NCBI GenBank assembly: GCA_965644265.1
Contig: OZ286467.1
Coordinates: 63,302,001 to 63,366,000, forward strand
Direction: 5' to 3'
Origin: Glycera tridactyla
Lineage: Eukaryota
DNA length: 64,000 nt
In this document: piece after piece, positions 25,201 through 40,200 of the stretch
Numbering within the stretch: position 1 is the stretch's first letter
How the letters are laid out: each line of letters starts with the position of its first letter
The notes under the pieces: generated by a model
Database searches by the model: none
Seen by the model: the letters and a program-made list of their open reading frames with translations, nothing else
What the model was told of the DNA's origin: nothing
Program-made: the position numbers and the translations under genes

Positions 25201-28200
25201 CTTTGCCTAATGCATCATCGAAAAATATCACGACAGTTTGCTCGACACAGGGATATGAAATCCAAATTTTATTACTCAGATACTTCTCGACATGTCCTGT
25301 ATCTATGTCAGCTAAAGAACATGTTGAATCTCTCTTTTGCCCATGTAGGACTGACACCATTTGCTGGAGGCGAAGAACTGACAACGACAGCAGCTGAAGA
25401 GGAGGAAGAAGTCTTCACAACTGGTAGGTTTGATGTCAAAAGCATGCTCTTGATGTATATTCTGCATTCGTCATATGAATCTTCATATCAAAAACTTCCA
25501 CTTGAAGTATTCAATATCCAATTGAATTTTCCAAAATGTTGTACATTTTCTCAAACCTTCGCAACAGATTTTACTTCTCTTCTATTTTCAACCCTAGTAT
25601 GTTATCACAAGCCACATCTGAGTTACTGGAGTCAAATTCCTAGTCTATACGGAATATGTTTGACAATTTTAGTAGAATGAGTTTCAATACTGATAGTCTT
25701 TCATGAGTTGACACTTTTCATTCAAAAATGTCAGTGCACTCTCATTTTCGAATATGCCTGATGGTAGATTTCATGCCTCATGAAGTCAATATCCCAGCTG
25801 CTGTAAAGGCATTGAGAGACAACATTGAGAGAAAATTTCGAGAGAGAGTTTGAAACAAATGGGATTCTCGGTGCTCAATCAATCACTTCTTACAACCATG
25901 GTGACTAGCACGAAGGATTGTTGGCCAACAGTTGATACCTCTCCAGAACTTTGATTCATCCTACTTACCTACGTACCCATCGATTTCAAAATTGATGCAT
26001 GTGTCCTGTTTGAGAATATCGGAGAAAGGATGACCTTCACTGAATATTCATCTTCATTGCTTTCAGGAGCACCAGCAGCTGCAACCACAGGTATGTTGAC
26101 ACCAGTTGTTATTCATGGTCGTCAGTTGTACCAACCTCACCAAATTGATCAAAATGACGCATATATTTGCTTCCATCATAGTTCCAAATGGATTGGGCTC
26201 CCTTCTTATTCTGATCATGTTTTATTTGTGCATACTTTTGAGACCTATCCATCATTTATTACACCTACTTGTATATCTCATTCGTTCCAATAAAAAAGCA
26301 GAATACTTTGGAAGGACTAATTTTACTGAATGATCATCTTCTTTGCTTTCAGAAGCACCAGAAGTACCCACCACAGGTATGCATACACAAGTTGTTATCA
26401 ATTACTGTCAGTTGTGCAGACCCTACCAAATCTATCACAAATGGACCTATATATATATGATTTCATCACCGCTCATTTGTCCATGCAAATCCCAATTCAT
26501 TCACAGGCCAAGACCCATGAGAGCACATATATGGTTGTGAATTAAACATCTTTAATATTTCAATGTGTATATCGGGAAATGCAACCTGATTGAGCACTCC
26601 ATCCTCCGACTTTTCCTCTATCTGCTCTCTCAAGTCTGTCTGAAAGACATTGGCTCTGAAGATTGAAGGGTCGTATCTAAAAAAAATATTGAGCAGTCAA
26701 TTCAAATGAAATGGATCACCAATAACATTGAGTATATGAGACTCATCCATGTGATTATCCATATGTCAATATATGGAGTCAAAAATGTTGAAATTATTGA
26801 CGTATGGCTTCTTGACCGAAAATTCCGTCCCTTTGAAATATCATTACAATGGTTGACCTATCTGACTCTGTATCTTTGTCTACTTCCAGCAGCCCCGGGA
26901 GCACCAACAACAGGTACGTGAACACCAATTAGAATCGATATTTGATTCTACTAAATAAGCAAAATGAATACCCAGTCTCGATTTCATCATTGTTTGACTG
27001 TACTTGAAGGTACAAATCAAATCTGTTAACATGGAAGGATTGAGATTCAATGTTGGTATTCGTCCCGGGGAGATAGTGCTTTCATGGATGTGTGGATGGA
27101 ATGAGCACCATCCTCATGCTGATCATATTTCAATTTCTTATACTGCTGAGAACCATGCTTCATCCATTTCACCCATATCTATAGCAGTAGCTACCACAGG
27201 TATGTTACACCAGTTGTCATTTATTGCCATCAGTTGTACCTACCTCTCCATATTGATCAAACTAATCAATATGTACAATTTCATCATCGTTTCTTTGTCC
27301 ATACGTATCCTGATTCATTTCCTAGGCGAGAGGCATGACAGCGAATATATAGACTTCATCCACTCCACCCACATCTATATCTCAGCCATTCAAATGATAA
27401 TGCAGAATTACTTTGATAGAACTAATTCTACTTAATATTCACCCTCTTTGCTTTCAGAAGCCCCAGCAGCAGCTACCACAGGTATGTTCACACAAGTTGT
27501 TATCTTTTGCGGTCAGTTGTACCAACCTCTCTGTAGTGATCAAACTAATCGATATATAGAATTTTATCATCGTTTATTTGTCCATACGTATCCTGAATCA
27601 TTTCCTAGGCAAGAGGCATGACAGGGAATATATAGACTTCATCCACTTCACCCACATCTATATCTCATCCATTCAAATGATAATGCAGAATTACTTTGGG
27701 AGAACTAATTTTACTTAATGTTCATCCTCTTTGCTTTCAGAAGCACCAGCAGTAGGTACCACAGGTATGTAAACACCAGATTCTATTTATTGCCATCAGT
27801 GGTACCAACCTCGCAAAATTGATCAAATGGACCAATATATGATATCATCATCCATCATTTTCCCATGTGTATTCCGATTCGTTCCAGGGCAAAGAAGCAT
27901 GAGAGCAACAATAATTAGTTCTGGATTCCATAGTTGATCATCTATTCTCCCAAGTCTGTCCTAAAGATATTGGTACTCCAGATTGATCAGGTGCATCTCG
28001 AGAAATATATGTTGACTATTTCATTCAAACGCAATGGATCATCACTGACTTTGTGTATATGAGCCTCATCACATTCGACATTCATATGTCATTCGATCAA
28101 GTAGAAAATGTGGAAAACTATTCATGGATGGCCATTTTATCAAAAATTCTCGCACTCCAAGATATCATTATAATAGTTTATCTTACTCACTTTGTTATCT

Positions 28201-31200
28201 GTGTCTACTTACAGCAGCCCCAGGAGCACCTACGACAGGTACGTGAACACCAACAAAATGAGCAAGTGATTACCCATTTTCGATTTCATCATTGTTGGAC
28301 TGTACCTGTATGTCCCGATCACATCTGTGGTCCATGGGCATAGACAGCAAGGTATTGAGTGTCATCGATGGAATTGGTCTAATAGAGATGGTGCCCATAT
28401 GGATATATGGATGAATTGAGCACCCTCCTACTTTTGATCCTATTTATATTTATATACTTCTAAGAATCACTCTTCACTCATTCTACCTTCCTCTGTATCT
28501 CAACTGCTTCATAAATAATGCCGAAATACTTTTTGAAGACCAATAGTACTGAATGTTCATCCTTTTTGCTTTCAGAAGCCCCAGCAGTAGCTACCACAGG
28601 TATGTTTACACCAGTTGTTATTAATTGCCATCAGTGGTACCACCAACCGCTCAGTATTGATCAAACTAATCCATATATAGGATTTCATTGTCGTTCATTT
28701 TTCCATGCATATCCTGATTCATTTCCTGGCCGAGAGGCATGACAGAAAATAAAGAAAATTCTGAATTTGATACCATCTTTCAAATTTCACTGTGCTCATA
28801 TGGATATGCAACTCAATATTGCACTCTATCTTCTGACCATATCGTGTTCATGTGCCCTCCCAAGTATGTGCAAAAGATATCGGCTCTTGGTATTGAAGGT
28901 GTGCATCTGAAAAAATATATGTTGACTAAGCCATTCAAATAAAAGGAACTATTGATGGATGGCCACCTAACTGATAATCTGTGGTTTTTAGGACATGAAG
29001 GTGTCGAGTGTCACTGTATGATCATCATGTAAAGGCTGTCTTCAATGTTATCAGGATATCAGAGAATGACATGAATGACATTCTTTTTTTTGTTTTTTGC
29101 AGGACCAGCAGCAACAACAGCAGGTACGAAAAGTAAAAAGGACGTAGACCAGGAATACAAATACTTTCAACCCACTACTCCTCTCATTTGCCAAGATGAG
29201 GCATATTACAATTCTTAGCTGATGATAATACTGATGCAATGTAAACAAATGATAATTGGAGAGTCAAGGTATTCTGTCATTGACTTGAAGTCAATGCCGA
29301 TGGTGGTTAAACAAATAGTCCCACCTGAAGGAAAATATGTTACTTTTCATCTGGTCATTGTTCCACTGTTTCCCTTGATTTGTCTTTTATTATCCCTGGT
29401 GCACCTCATCCACCTCAGTAATCCCTGAATCTTCAAGCAAGTAGACACATCATCATGTTCAATTATATGAGTCTATCTATCAAGTGAATGTCGTATTGGT
29501 ACCGTGCATGGCAAGGCACAAATCTAGAATCAAGCACTTGGCGAGGTAATATTTCAGAATCTAGATCTTCAAAAAGAATGGAAGGGCTGTGCTAAGATCA
29601 TATTGTCATAGATGCAATAGGCACTTTGCCTAATGCATCATCGAAAAATATCACGACAGTTTGCTCGACACAGGGATATGAAATCCAAATTTTATTACTC
29701 AGATACTTCTCGACATGTCCTGTATCTATGTCAGCTGAAGAACATGTTGAATCTCTCTTTTGCCCATGTAGGACTGACACCATTTGCTGGAGGCGAAGAA
29801 CTGACAACGACAGCAGCTGAAGAGGAGGAAGAAGTCTTCACAACTGGTAGGTTTGATGTCAAAAGCATGCTCTTGATGTATATTCTGCATTCGTCATATG
29901 AATCTTCATATCAAAAACTTCCACTTGAAGTATTCAATATCCAATTGAATTTTCCAAAATGTTGTATATTTTTTCAAACCTTCGCAACGGATTTTACTTC
30001 TCTTCTATTTTCAACCCTAGTATGTTATCACAAGCCACATCTGAGTTACTGGAGTCAAATTCCTAGTCTATACGGAATATGTTTGACAATTTTAGTAGAA
30101 TGAGTTTCAATACTGATAGTCTTTCATGAGTTGACACTTTTCATTCAAAAATGTCAGTGCACTCTCATTTTCGAATATGCCTGATGGTAGATTTCATGCC
30201 TCATGAAGTCAATATCCCAGCTGCTGTAAAAGCATTGAGAGACAACATTGAGAGAAAATTTCGAGAGAGAGTTTGAAACAAATGGGATTCTCGGTGCTCA
30301 ATCAATCACTTCTTACAACCATGGTGACTAGCACGAAGGATTGTTGGCCAACAGTTGATACCTCTCCAGAACTTTGATTCATCCTACTTACCTACGTACC
30401 CATCGATTTCAAAATTGATGCATGTGTCCTGTTTGAGAATATCAGAGGAAGGATGACCTTCACTGAATATTCATCTTCATTGCTTTCAGGAGCACCAGCA
30501 GCTGCAACCACAGGTATGTTGACACCAGTTGTTATTCATGGTCGTCAGTTGTACCAACCTCACCAAATTGATCAAAATGACGCATATATTTGCTTCCATC
30601 ATAGTTCCAAATGGATTGGGCTCCCTTCTTATTCTGATCATGTTTTATTTGTGCATACTTTTGAGACCTATCCATCATTTATTACACCTACTTGTATATC
30701 TCATTCGTTCCAATAAAAAAGCAGAATACTTTGGAAGGACTAATTTTACTGAATGATCATCTTCTTTGCTTTCAGAAGCACCAGAAGTACCCACCACAGG
30801 TATGCATACACAAGTTGTTATCAATTACTGTCAGTTGTGCAGACCCTACCAAATCTATCACAAATGGACCTATATATATATGATTTCATCACCGCTCATT
30901 TGTCCATGCAAATCCCAATTCATTCACAGGCCAAGACCCATGAGAGCACATATATGGTTGTGAATTAAACATCTTTAATATTTCAATGTGTATATCGGGA
31001 AATGCAACCTGATTGAGCACTCCATCCTCCGACTTTTCCTCTATCTGCTCTCTCAAGTCTGTCTGAAAGACATTGGCTCTGAAGATTGAAGGGTCGTATC
31101 TAAAAAAAATATTGAGCAGTCAATTCAAATGAAATGGATCACCAATAACATTGAGTATATGAGACTCATCCATGTGATTATCCATATGTCAATATATGGA

Positions 31201-34200
31201 GTCAAAAATGTTGAAATTATTGACGTATGGCTTCTTGACCGAAAATTCCGTCCCTTTGAAATATCATTACAATGGTTGACCTATCTGACTCTGTATCTTT
31301 GTCTACTTCCAGCAGCCCCGGGAGCACCAACAACAGGTACGTGAACACCAATTAGAATCGATATTTGATTCTACTAAATAAGCAAAATGAATACCCAGTC
31401 TCGATTTCATCATTGTTTGACTGTACTTGAAGGTACAAATCAAATCTGTTAACATGGAAGGATTGAGATTCAATGTTGGTATTCGTCCCGGGGAGATAGT
31501 GCTTTCATTGATGTGTGGATGGAATTAGCACCCTCCTCATGCTGATCATATTTCAATTTCTTATACTGCTGAGAACCATGCTTCATCCATTTCACCCATA
31601 TCTATAGCAGTAGCTACCACAGGTATGTTACACCAGTTGTCATTTATTGCCATCAGTTGTACCAACCTCTCCATATTGATCAAACTAATCAATATGTACA
31701 ATTTCATCATCGTTTCTTTGTCCATACGTATCCTGATTCATTTCCTAGGCGAGAGGCATGACAGCGAATATATAGACTTCATCCACTCCACCCACATCTA
31801 TATCTCAGCCATTCAAATGATAATGCAGAATTACTTTGATAGAACTAATTCTACTTAATATTCACCCTCTTTGCTTTCAGAAGCCCCAGCAGCAGCTACC
31901 ACAGGTATGTTCACACAAGTTGTTATCTTTTGCGGTCAGTTGTACCAACCTCTCTGTAGTGATCAAACTAATCGATATATAGAATTTTATCATCGTTTAT
32001 TTGTCCATACGTATCCTGAATCATTTCCTAGGCAAGAGGCATGACAGGGAATATATAGACTTCATCCACTTCACCCACATCTATATCTCATCCATTCAAA
32101 TGATAATGCAGAATTACTTTGGGAGAACTAATTTTACTTAATGTTCATCCTCTTTGCTTTCAGAAGCACCAGCAGTAGGTACCACAGGTATGTAAACACC
32201 AGATTCTATTTATTGCAATCAGTGGTACCAACCTCGCAAAATTGATCAAATGGACCAATATATGATATCATCATCCATCATTTTCCCATGTGTATTCCGA
32301 TTCGTTCCAGGGCAAAGAAGCATGAGAGCAACAATAATTAGTTCTGGATTCCATAGTTGATCATCTATTCTCCCAAGTCTGTCCTAAAGATATTGGTACT
32401 CCAGATTGATCAGGTGCATCTCGAGAAATATATGTTGACTATTTCATTCAAACGCAATGGATCATCACTGACTTTGTGTATATGAGCCTCATCACATTCG
32501 ACATTCATATGTCATTCGATCAAGTAGAAAATGTGGAAAACTATTCATGGATGGCCATTTTATCAAAAATTCTCGTACTCCAAGATATCATTATAATAGT
32601 TTATCTTACTAACTTTGTTATCTGTGTCTACTTACAGCAGCCCCAGGAGCACCTACGACAGGTACGTGAACACCAACAAAATGAGCAAGTGATTACCCAT
32701 TTTCGATTTCATCATTGTTGGACTGTACCTGTATGTCCCGATCACATCTGTGGTCCATGGGCATAGACAGCAAGGTATTGAGTGTCATCGATGGAATTGG
32801 TCTAATAGAGATGGTGCCCATATGGATATATGGATGAATTGAGCACCCTCCTACTTTTGATCCTATTTATATTTATATACTTCTAAGAATCACTCTTCAC
32901 TCATTCTACCTTCCTCTGTATCTCAACTGCTTCATAAATAATGCCGAAATACTTTTTGAAGACCAATAGTACTGAATGTTCATCCTTTTTGCTTTCAGAA
33001 GCCCCAGCAGTAGCTACCACAGGTATGTTTACACCAGTTGTTATTAATTGCCATCAGTGGTACCACCAACCACTCAGTATTGATCAAACTAATCCATATA
33101 TAGAATTTCATTGTCGTTCATTTTTCCATGCATATCCTGATTAATTTCCTGGCCGAGAGGCATGACAGAAAATAAAGAAAATTCTGAATTTGATACCATC
33201 TTTCAAATTTCACTGTGCTCATATGGATATGCAACTCAATATTGCACTCTATCTTCTGACCATATCGTGTTCATGTGCCCTCCCAAGTATGTGCAAAAGA
33301 TATCGGCTCTTGGTATTGAAGGTGTGCATCTGAAAAAATATATGTTGACTAAGCCATTCAAATAAAAGGAATTATTGATGGATGGCCACCTAACTGATAA
33401 TCTGTGGTTTTTAGGACATGAAGGTGTCGAGTGTCACTGTATGATCATCATGTAAAGGCTGTCTTCAATGTTATCAGGATATCAGAGAATGACATGAATG
33501 ACATTCTTTTTTTTGTTTTTTGCAGGACCAGCAGCAACAACAGCAGGTACGAAAAGTAAAAAGGACGTAGACCAGGAATACAAATACTTTCAACCCACTA
33601 CTCCTCTCATTTGCCAAGATGAGGCATATTACAATTCTTAGCTGATGATAATACTGATGCAATGTGAACAAATGATAATTGGAGAGTCAAGGTATTCTGT
33701 CATTGACTTGAAGTCAATGCCGATGGTGGTTAAACAAATAGTCCCACCTGAAGGAAAATATGTTACTTTTCATCTGGTCATTGTTCCACTGTTTCCCTTG
33801 ATTTGTCTTTTATTATCCCTGGTGCACCTCATCCACCTCAGTAATCCCTGAATCTTCAAGCAAGTAGACACATCATCATGTTCAATTATATGAGTCTATC
33901 TATCAAGTGAATGTCGTATTGGTACCGTGCATGGCAAGGCACAAATCTAGAATCAAGCACTTGGCGAGGTAATATTTCAGAATCTAGATCTTCAAAAAGA
34001 ATGGAAGGGCTGTGCTAAGATCATATTGTCATAGATGCAATTGGCACTTTGCCTAATGCATCATCGAAAAATATCACGACAGTTTGCTCGACACAGGGAT
34101 ATGAAATCCAAATTTTATTACTCAGATACTTCTCGACATGTCCTGTATCTATGTCAGCTAAAGAACATGTTGAATCTCTCTTTTGCCCATGTAGGACTGA

Positions 34201-37200
34201 CACCATTTGCTGGAGGCGAAGAACTGACAACGACAGCAGCTGAAGAGGAGGAAGAAGTCTTCACAACTGGTAGGTTTGATGTCAAAAGCATGCTCTTGAT
34301 GTATATTCTGCATTCGTCATATGAATCTTCATATCAAAAACTTCCACTTGAAGTATTCAATATCCAATTGAATTTTCCAAAATGTTGTATATTTTTTCAA
34401 ACCTTCGCAACAGATTTTACTTCTCTTCTATTTTCAACCCTAGTATGTTATCACAAGCCACATCTGAGTTACTGGAGTCAAATTCCTAGTCTATACGGAA
34501 TATGTTTGACAATTTTAGTAGAATGAGTTTCAATACTGATAGTCTTTCATGAGTTGACACTTTTCATTCAAAAATGTCAGTGCACTCTCATTTTCGAATA
34601 TGCCTGATGGTAGATTTCATGCCTCATGAAGTCAATATCCCAGCTGCTGTAAAAGCATTGAGAGACAACATTGAGAGAAAATTTCGAGAGAGAGTTTGAA
34701 ACAAATGGGATTCTCGGTGCTCAATCAATCACTTCTAACAACCATGGTGACTAGCACGAAGGATTGTTGGCCAACAGTTGATACCTCTCCAGAACTTTGA
34801 TTCATCCTACTTACCTACGTACCCATCGATTTCAAAATTGATGCATGTGTCCTGTTTGAGAATATCAGAGGAAGGATGACCTTCACTGAATATTCATCTT
34901 CATTGCTTTCAGGAGCACCAGCAGCTGCAACCACAGGTATGTTGACACCAGTTGTTATTCATGGTCGTCAGTTGTACCAACCTCACCAAATTGATCAAAA
35001 TGACGCATATATTTGCTTCCATCATAGTTCCAAATGGATTGGGCTCCCTTCTTATTCTGATCATGTTTTATTTGTGCATACTTTTGAGACCTATCCATCA
35101 TTTATTACACCTACTTGTATATCTCATTCGTTCCAATAAAAAAGCAGAATACTTTGGAAGGACTAATTTTACTGAATGATCATCTTCTTTGCTTTCAGAA
35201 GCACCAGAAGTACCCACCACAGGTATGCATACACAAGTTGTTATCAATTACTGTCAGTTGTGCAGACCCTACCAAATCTATCACAAATGGACCTATATAT
35301 ATATGATTTCATCACCGCTCATTTGTCCATGCAAATCCCAATTCATTCACAGGCCAAGACCCATGAGAGCACATATATGGTTGTGAATTAAACATCTTTA
35401 ATATTTCAATGTGTATATCGGGAAATGCAACCTGATTGAGCACTCCATCCTCCGACTTTTCCTCTATCTGCTCTCTCAAGTCTGTCTGAAAGACATTGGC
35501 TCTGAAGATTGAAGGGTCGTATCTAAAAAAAATATTGAGCAGTCAATTCAAATGAAATGGATCACCAATAACATTGAGTATATGAGACTCATCCATGTGA
35601 TTATCCATATGTCAATATATGGAGTCAAAAATGTTGAAATTATTGACGTATGGCTTCTTGACCGAAAATTCCGTCCCTTTGAAATATCATTACAATGGTT
35701 GACCTATCTGACTCTGTATCTTTGTCTACTTCCAGCAGCCCCGGGAGCACCAACAACAGGTACGTGAACACCAATTAGAATCGATATTTGATTCTACTAA
35801 ATAAGCAAAATGAATACCCAGTCTCGATTTCATCATTGTTTGACTGTACTTGAAGGTACAAATCAAATCTGTTAACATGGAAGGATTGAGATTCAATGTT
35901 GGTATTCGTCCCGGGGAGATAGTGCTTTCATTGATGTGTGGATGGAATTAGCACCCTCCTCATGCTGATCATATTTCAATTTCTTATACTGCTGAGAACC
36001 ATGCTTCATCCATTTCACCCATATCTATAGCAGTAGCTACCACAGGTATGTTACACCAGTTGTCATTTATTGCCATCAGTTGTACCAACCTCTCCATATT
36101 GATCAAACTAATCAATATGTACAATTTCATCATCGTTTCTTTGTCCATACGTATCCTGATTCATTTCCTAGGCGAGAGGCATGACAGCGAATATATAGAC
36201 TTCATCCACTCCACCCACATCTATATCTCAGCCATTCAAATGATAATGCAGAATTACTTTGATAGAACTAATTCTACTTAATATTCACCCTCTTTGCTTT
36301 CAGAAGCCCCAGCAGCAGCTACCACAGGTATGTTCACACAAGTTGTTATCTTTTGCGGTCAGTTGTACCAACCTCTCTGTAGTGATCAAACTAATCGATA
36401 TATAGAATTTTATCATCGTTTATTTGTCCATACGTATCCTGAATCATTTCCTAGGCAAGAGGCATGACAGGGAATATATAGACTTCATCCACTTCACCCA
36501 CATCTATATCTCATCCATTCAAATGATAATGCAGAATTACTTTGGGAGAACTAATTTTACTTAATGTTCATCCTCTTTGCTTTCAGAAGCACCAGCAGTA
36601 GGTACCACAGGTATGTAAACACCAGATTCTATTTATTGCCATCAGTGGTACCAACCTCGCAAAATTGATCAAATGGACCAATATATGATATCATCATCCA
36701 TCATTTTCCCATGTGTATTCCGATTCGTTCCAGGGCAAAGAACCTTGAGAGCAACAATAATTAGTTCTGGATTCTATAGTTGATCATCTATTCTCCCAAG
36801 TCTGTCCTAAAGATATTGGTACTCCAGATTGATCAGGTGCATCTCGAGAAATATATGTTGACTATTTCATTCAAACGCAATGGATCATCACTGACTTTGT
36901 GTATATGAGCCTCATCACATTCGACATTCATATGTCATTCGATCAAGTAGAAAATGTGGAAAACTATTCATGGATGGCCATTTTATCAAAAATTCTCGCA
37001 CTCCAAGATATCATTATAATAGTTTATCTCACTCACTTTGTTATCTGTGTCTACTTACAGCAGCCCCAGGAGCACCTACGACAGGTACGTGAACACCAAC
37101 AAAATGAGCAAGTGATTACCCATTTTCGATTTCATCATTGTTGGACTGTACCTGTATGTCCCGATCACATCTGTGGTCCATGGGCATAGACAGCAAGGTA

Positions 37201-40200
37201 TTGAGTGTCATCGATGGAATTGGTCTAATAGAGATGGTGCCCATATGGATATATGGATGAATTGAGCACCCTCCTACTTTTGATCCTATTTATATTTATA
37301 TACTTCTAAGAATCACTCTTCACTCATTCTACCTTCCTCTGTATCTCAACTGCTTCATAAATAATGCCGAAATACTTTTTGAAGACCAATAGTACTGAAT
37401 GTTCATCCTTTTTGCTTTCAGAAGCCCCAGCAGTAGCTACCACAGGTATGTTTACACCAGTTGTTATTAATTGCCATCAGTGGTACCACCAACCGCTCAG
37501 TATTGATCAAACTAATCCATATATAGAATTTCATTGTCGTTCATTTTTCCATGCATATCCTGATTAATTTCCTGGCCGAGAGGCATGACAGAAAATAAAA
37601 AAAATTCTGAATTTGATACCATCTTTCAAATTTCACTGTGCTCATATGGATATGCAACTCAATATTGCACTCTATCTTCTGACCATATCGTGTTCATGTG
37701 CCCTCCCAAGTATGTGCAAAAGATATCGGCTCTTGGTATTGAAGGTGTGCATCTGAAAAAATATATGTTGACTAAGCCATTCAAATAAAAGGAATTATTG
37801 ATGGATGGCCACCTAACTGATAATCTGTGGTTTTTAGGACATGAAGGTGTCGAGTGTCACTGTATGATCATCATGTAAAGGCTGTCTTCAATGTTATCAG
37901 GATATCAGAGAATGACATGAATGACATTTTTGTTTTGTTTTTTGCAGGACCAGCAGCAACAACAGCAGGTACGAAAAGTAAAAAGGACGTAGACCAGGAA
38001 TACAAATACTTTCAACCCACTACTCCTCTCATTTGCCAAGATGAGGCATATTACAATTCTTAGCTGATGGTAATACTGATGGAATGTGAACAAATGATAA
38101 TTGGAGAGTCAAGGTATTCTGTCATTGACTTGAAGTCAATGCCGATGGTGGTTAAACAAATAGTCCCACCTGAAGAAAATATGTTACTTTTTATCTGGTC
38201 ATTGTTCCACTGTTTCCCTTGTTTTGTCTTTTTTTTTATCCCTGGTACACCTCATCCACCTCATTCATCCCTGAATCTTCAAGCAAGGGGACACATCATC
38301 ATGTTCAATTATATGAGTCTATCTATCAAGTGAATGTCGTATATGATACCGTGCATGGCAAGGAACATATCTGGATTCAAGCATTTGGCAAGTTAATATT
38401 TCAGAAGCTAGATCTTCAAAAAGAATGGAAGGGCTGTGCTAAGATCATATTGTCATAGATGCAATAGGCACTTTGCCTAATGCATCATCGAAGAATATCA
38501 GGACAGTTTGCTTGACACAGGGATATGAAATCTAAATTTTATTACTCAGATACTTCTCGACATGTCCTGTATTTATGTCAGCTAAAGAACATGTTGAATC
38601 TCTCTTATGCCCATGTAGGACTGACACCATTTGCTGGAGGCGAAGAACTGACAACGACAGCAGCTGAAGAGGAGGAAGAAGTCTTCACAACTGGTAGGTT
38701 TGATGTCGAAAGCAGGCTCTTGATGTATATTCTGCATTCGTCATATGAATCTTCATATCAAAAACTTCCACTTGAAGTATTCAATATCTAATTGAATTTT
38801 CCCAAATGTATATCTTTTCACACCTTCACAACAGATTTTACTTCTCTCTATTTTCAACCCTAGTATGTTATCACAAGCCACATCTGAGTTACTGGAGTGA
38901 AATTCCCAGTCCATACAGAATATGTTTGACAATATCAGTAGAATGAGTTTCAATACTGATAGTCTTTCATGAGTTGACACTTTTCATTCAAAAATGTCAG
39001 TGCACTCTCATTTTCGAATATGCCTGATGGTAGATTTCATGCCTCATGAAGTCAATATCCCAGCTGCTGTGAAATCATTGAGAGACAACATTGAGAGAAC
39101 ATTTCGAGAGAGAGTTTGAAACAAATGGGATTCTCGGTGCTCAATCAATCACTTTTTACAACCTTATTGACTAGCACAAAGGATTGTTGGCCAACAGTTG
39201 ATACCTCTTCAGAACTTTGATTCATCCTACTTACCTACTTACCCATCGATTTAAGAATTGATGCATGTGTCCTGTTTGAGAATATCGGAGGAAGGATGAC
39301 CTTCACTGAATATTCATCTTCATTGCTTTCAGGAGCACCAGCAGCTGCAACCACAGGTATGTTGACATCAGTTGTTATTCATGGTCGTCAGTTGTACCAA
39401 CCTCACCAAATTGATCAAAATGACGCATATATTTGCTTCCATCATAGTTCCAAATGGATTGGGCTCCCTTCTTATTCTGATCATGTTTAATTTGTGTATA
39501 CTTTTGAGACCTATCCATCATTCATTACACCTACTTGTATATCTCATTCGTTCCAATAATAATGCAAAATACTTTGGAAGGACTAATTCTACTGAATGAT
39601 CATCTTCTTTGCTTTCAGAAGCACCAGAAGTACCCACCACAGGTATGTATACACAAGTTGTTATCAGTTGCTGTCAGTTGTGCAGACCCCACCAAATTTA
39701 TCACAAATGGACCTATATATATATGATTTCATCACCGTTCATTTGTCCATGCAGATTCTGATTCATTCACAGGCCAAGACCCATGAGAGCACATATATGG
39801 TTGTGAATAAAACATCTTCAATATTTCAATGTGCATATCTGGAAATGCAACTCGATTGAGCACTCTATCTTCCGACCTTTTCTCCATCTGCTCTCTCAAG
39901 TCTGTCTGAAAGACATCGGCTCTAAAGATTGAAGGGTTGTATTTAAAAAAATATATTGAGCAGTCAATTCAAATAAAATGGATCACCAATAACATTGAGT
40001 ATATGAGACTCATCCATGTGATTATCCATATGTCAATATATGGAGTCGAAAATGTGGAAATTATTGATGTATGGCCTCTCGACTTAAAATTCTGTCCCTT
40101 TGAAATATCATTACAATGGTTGACCTATCTGACTCTGTATCTTTGTCTACTTCCAGCAGCCCCGGGAGCACCAACAACAGGTACGTGAACACCAATTAGA

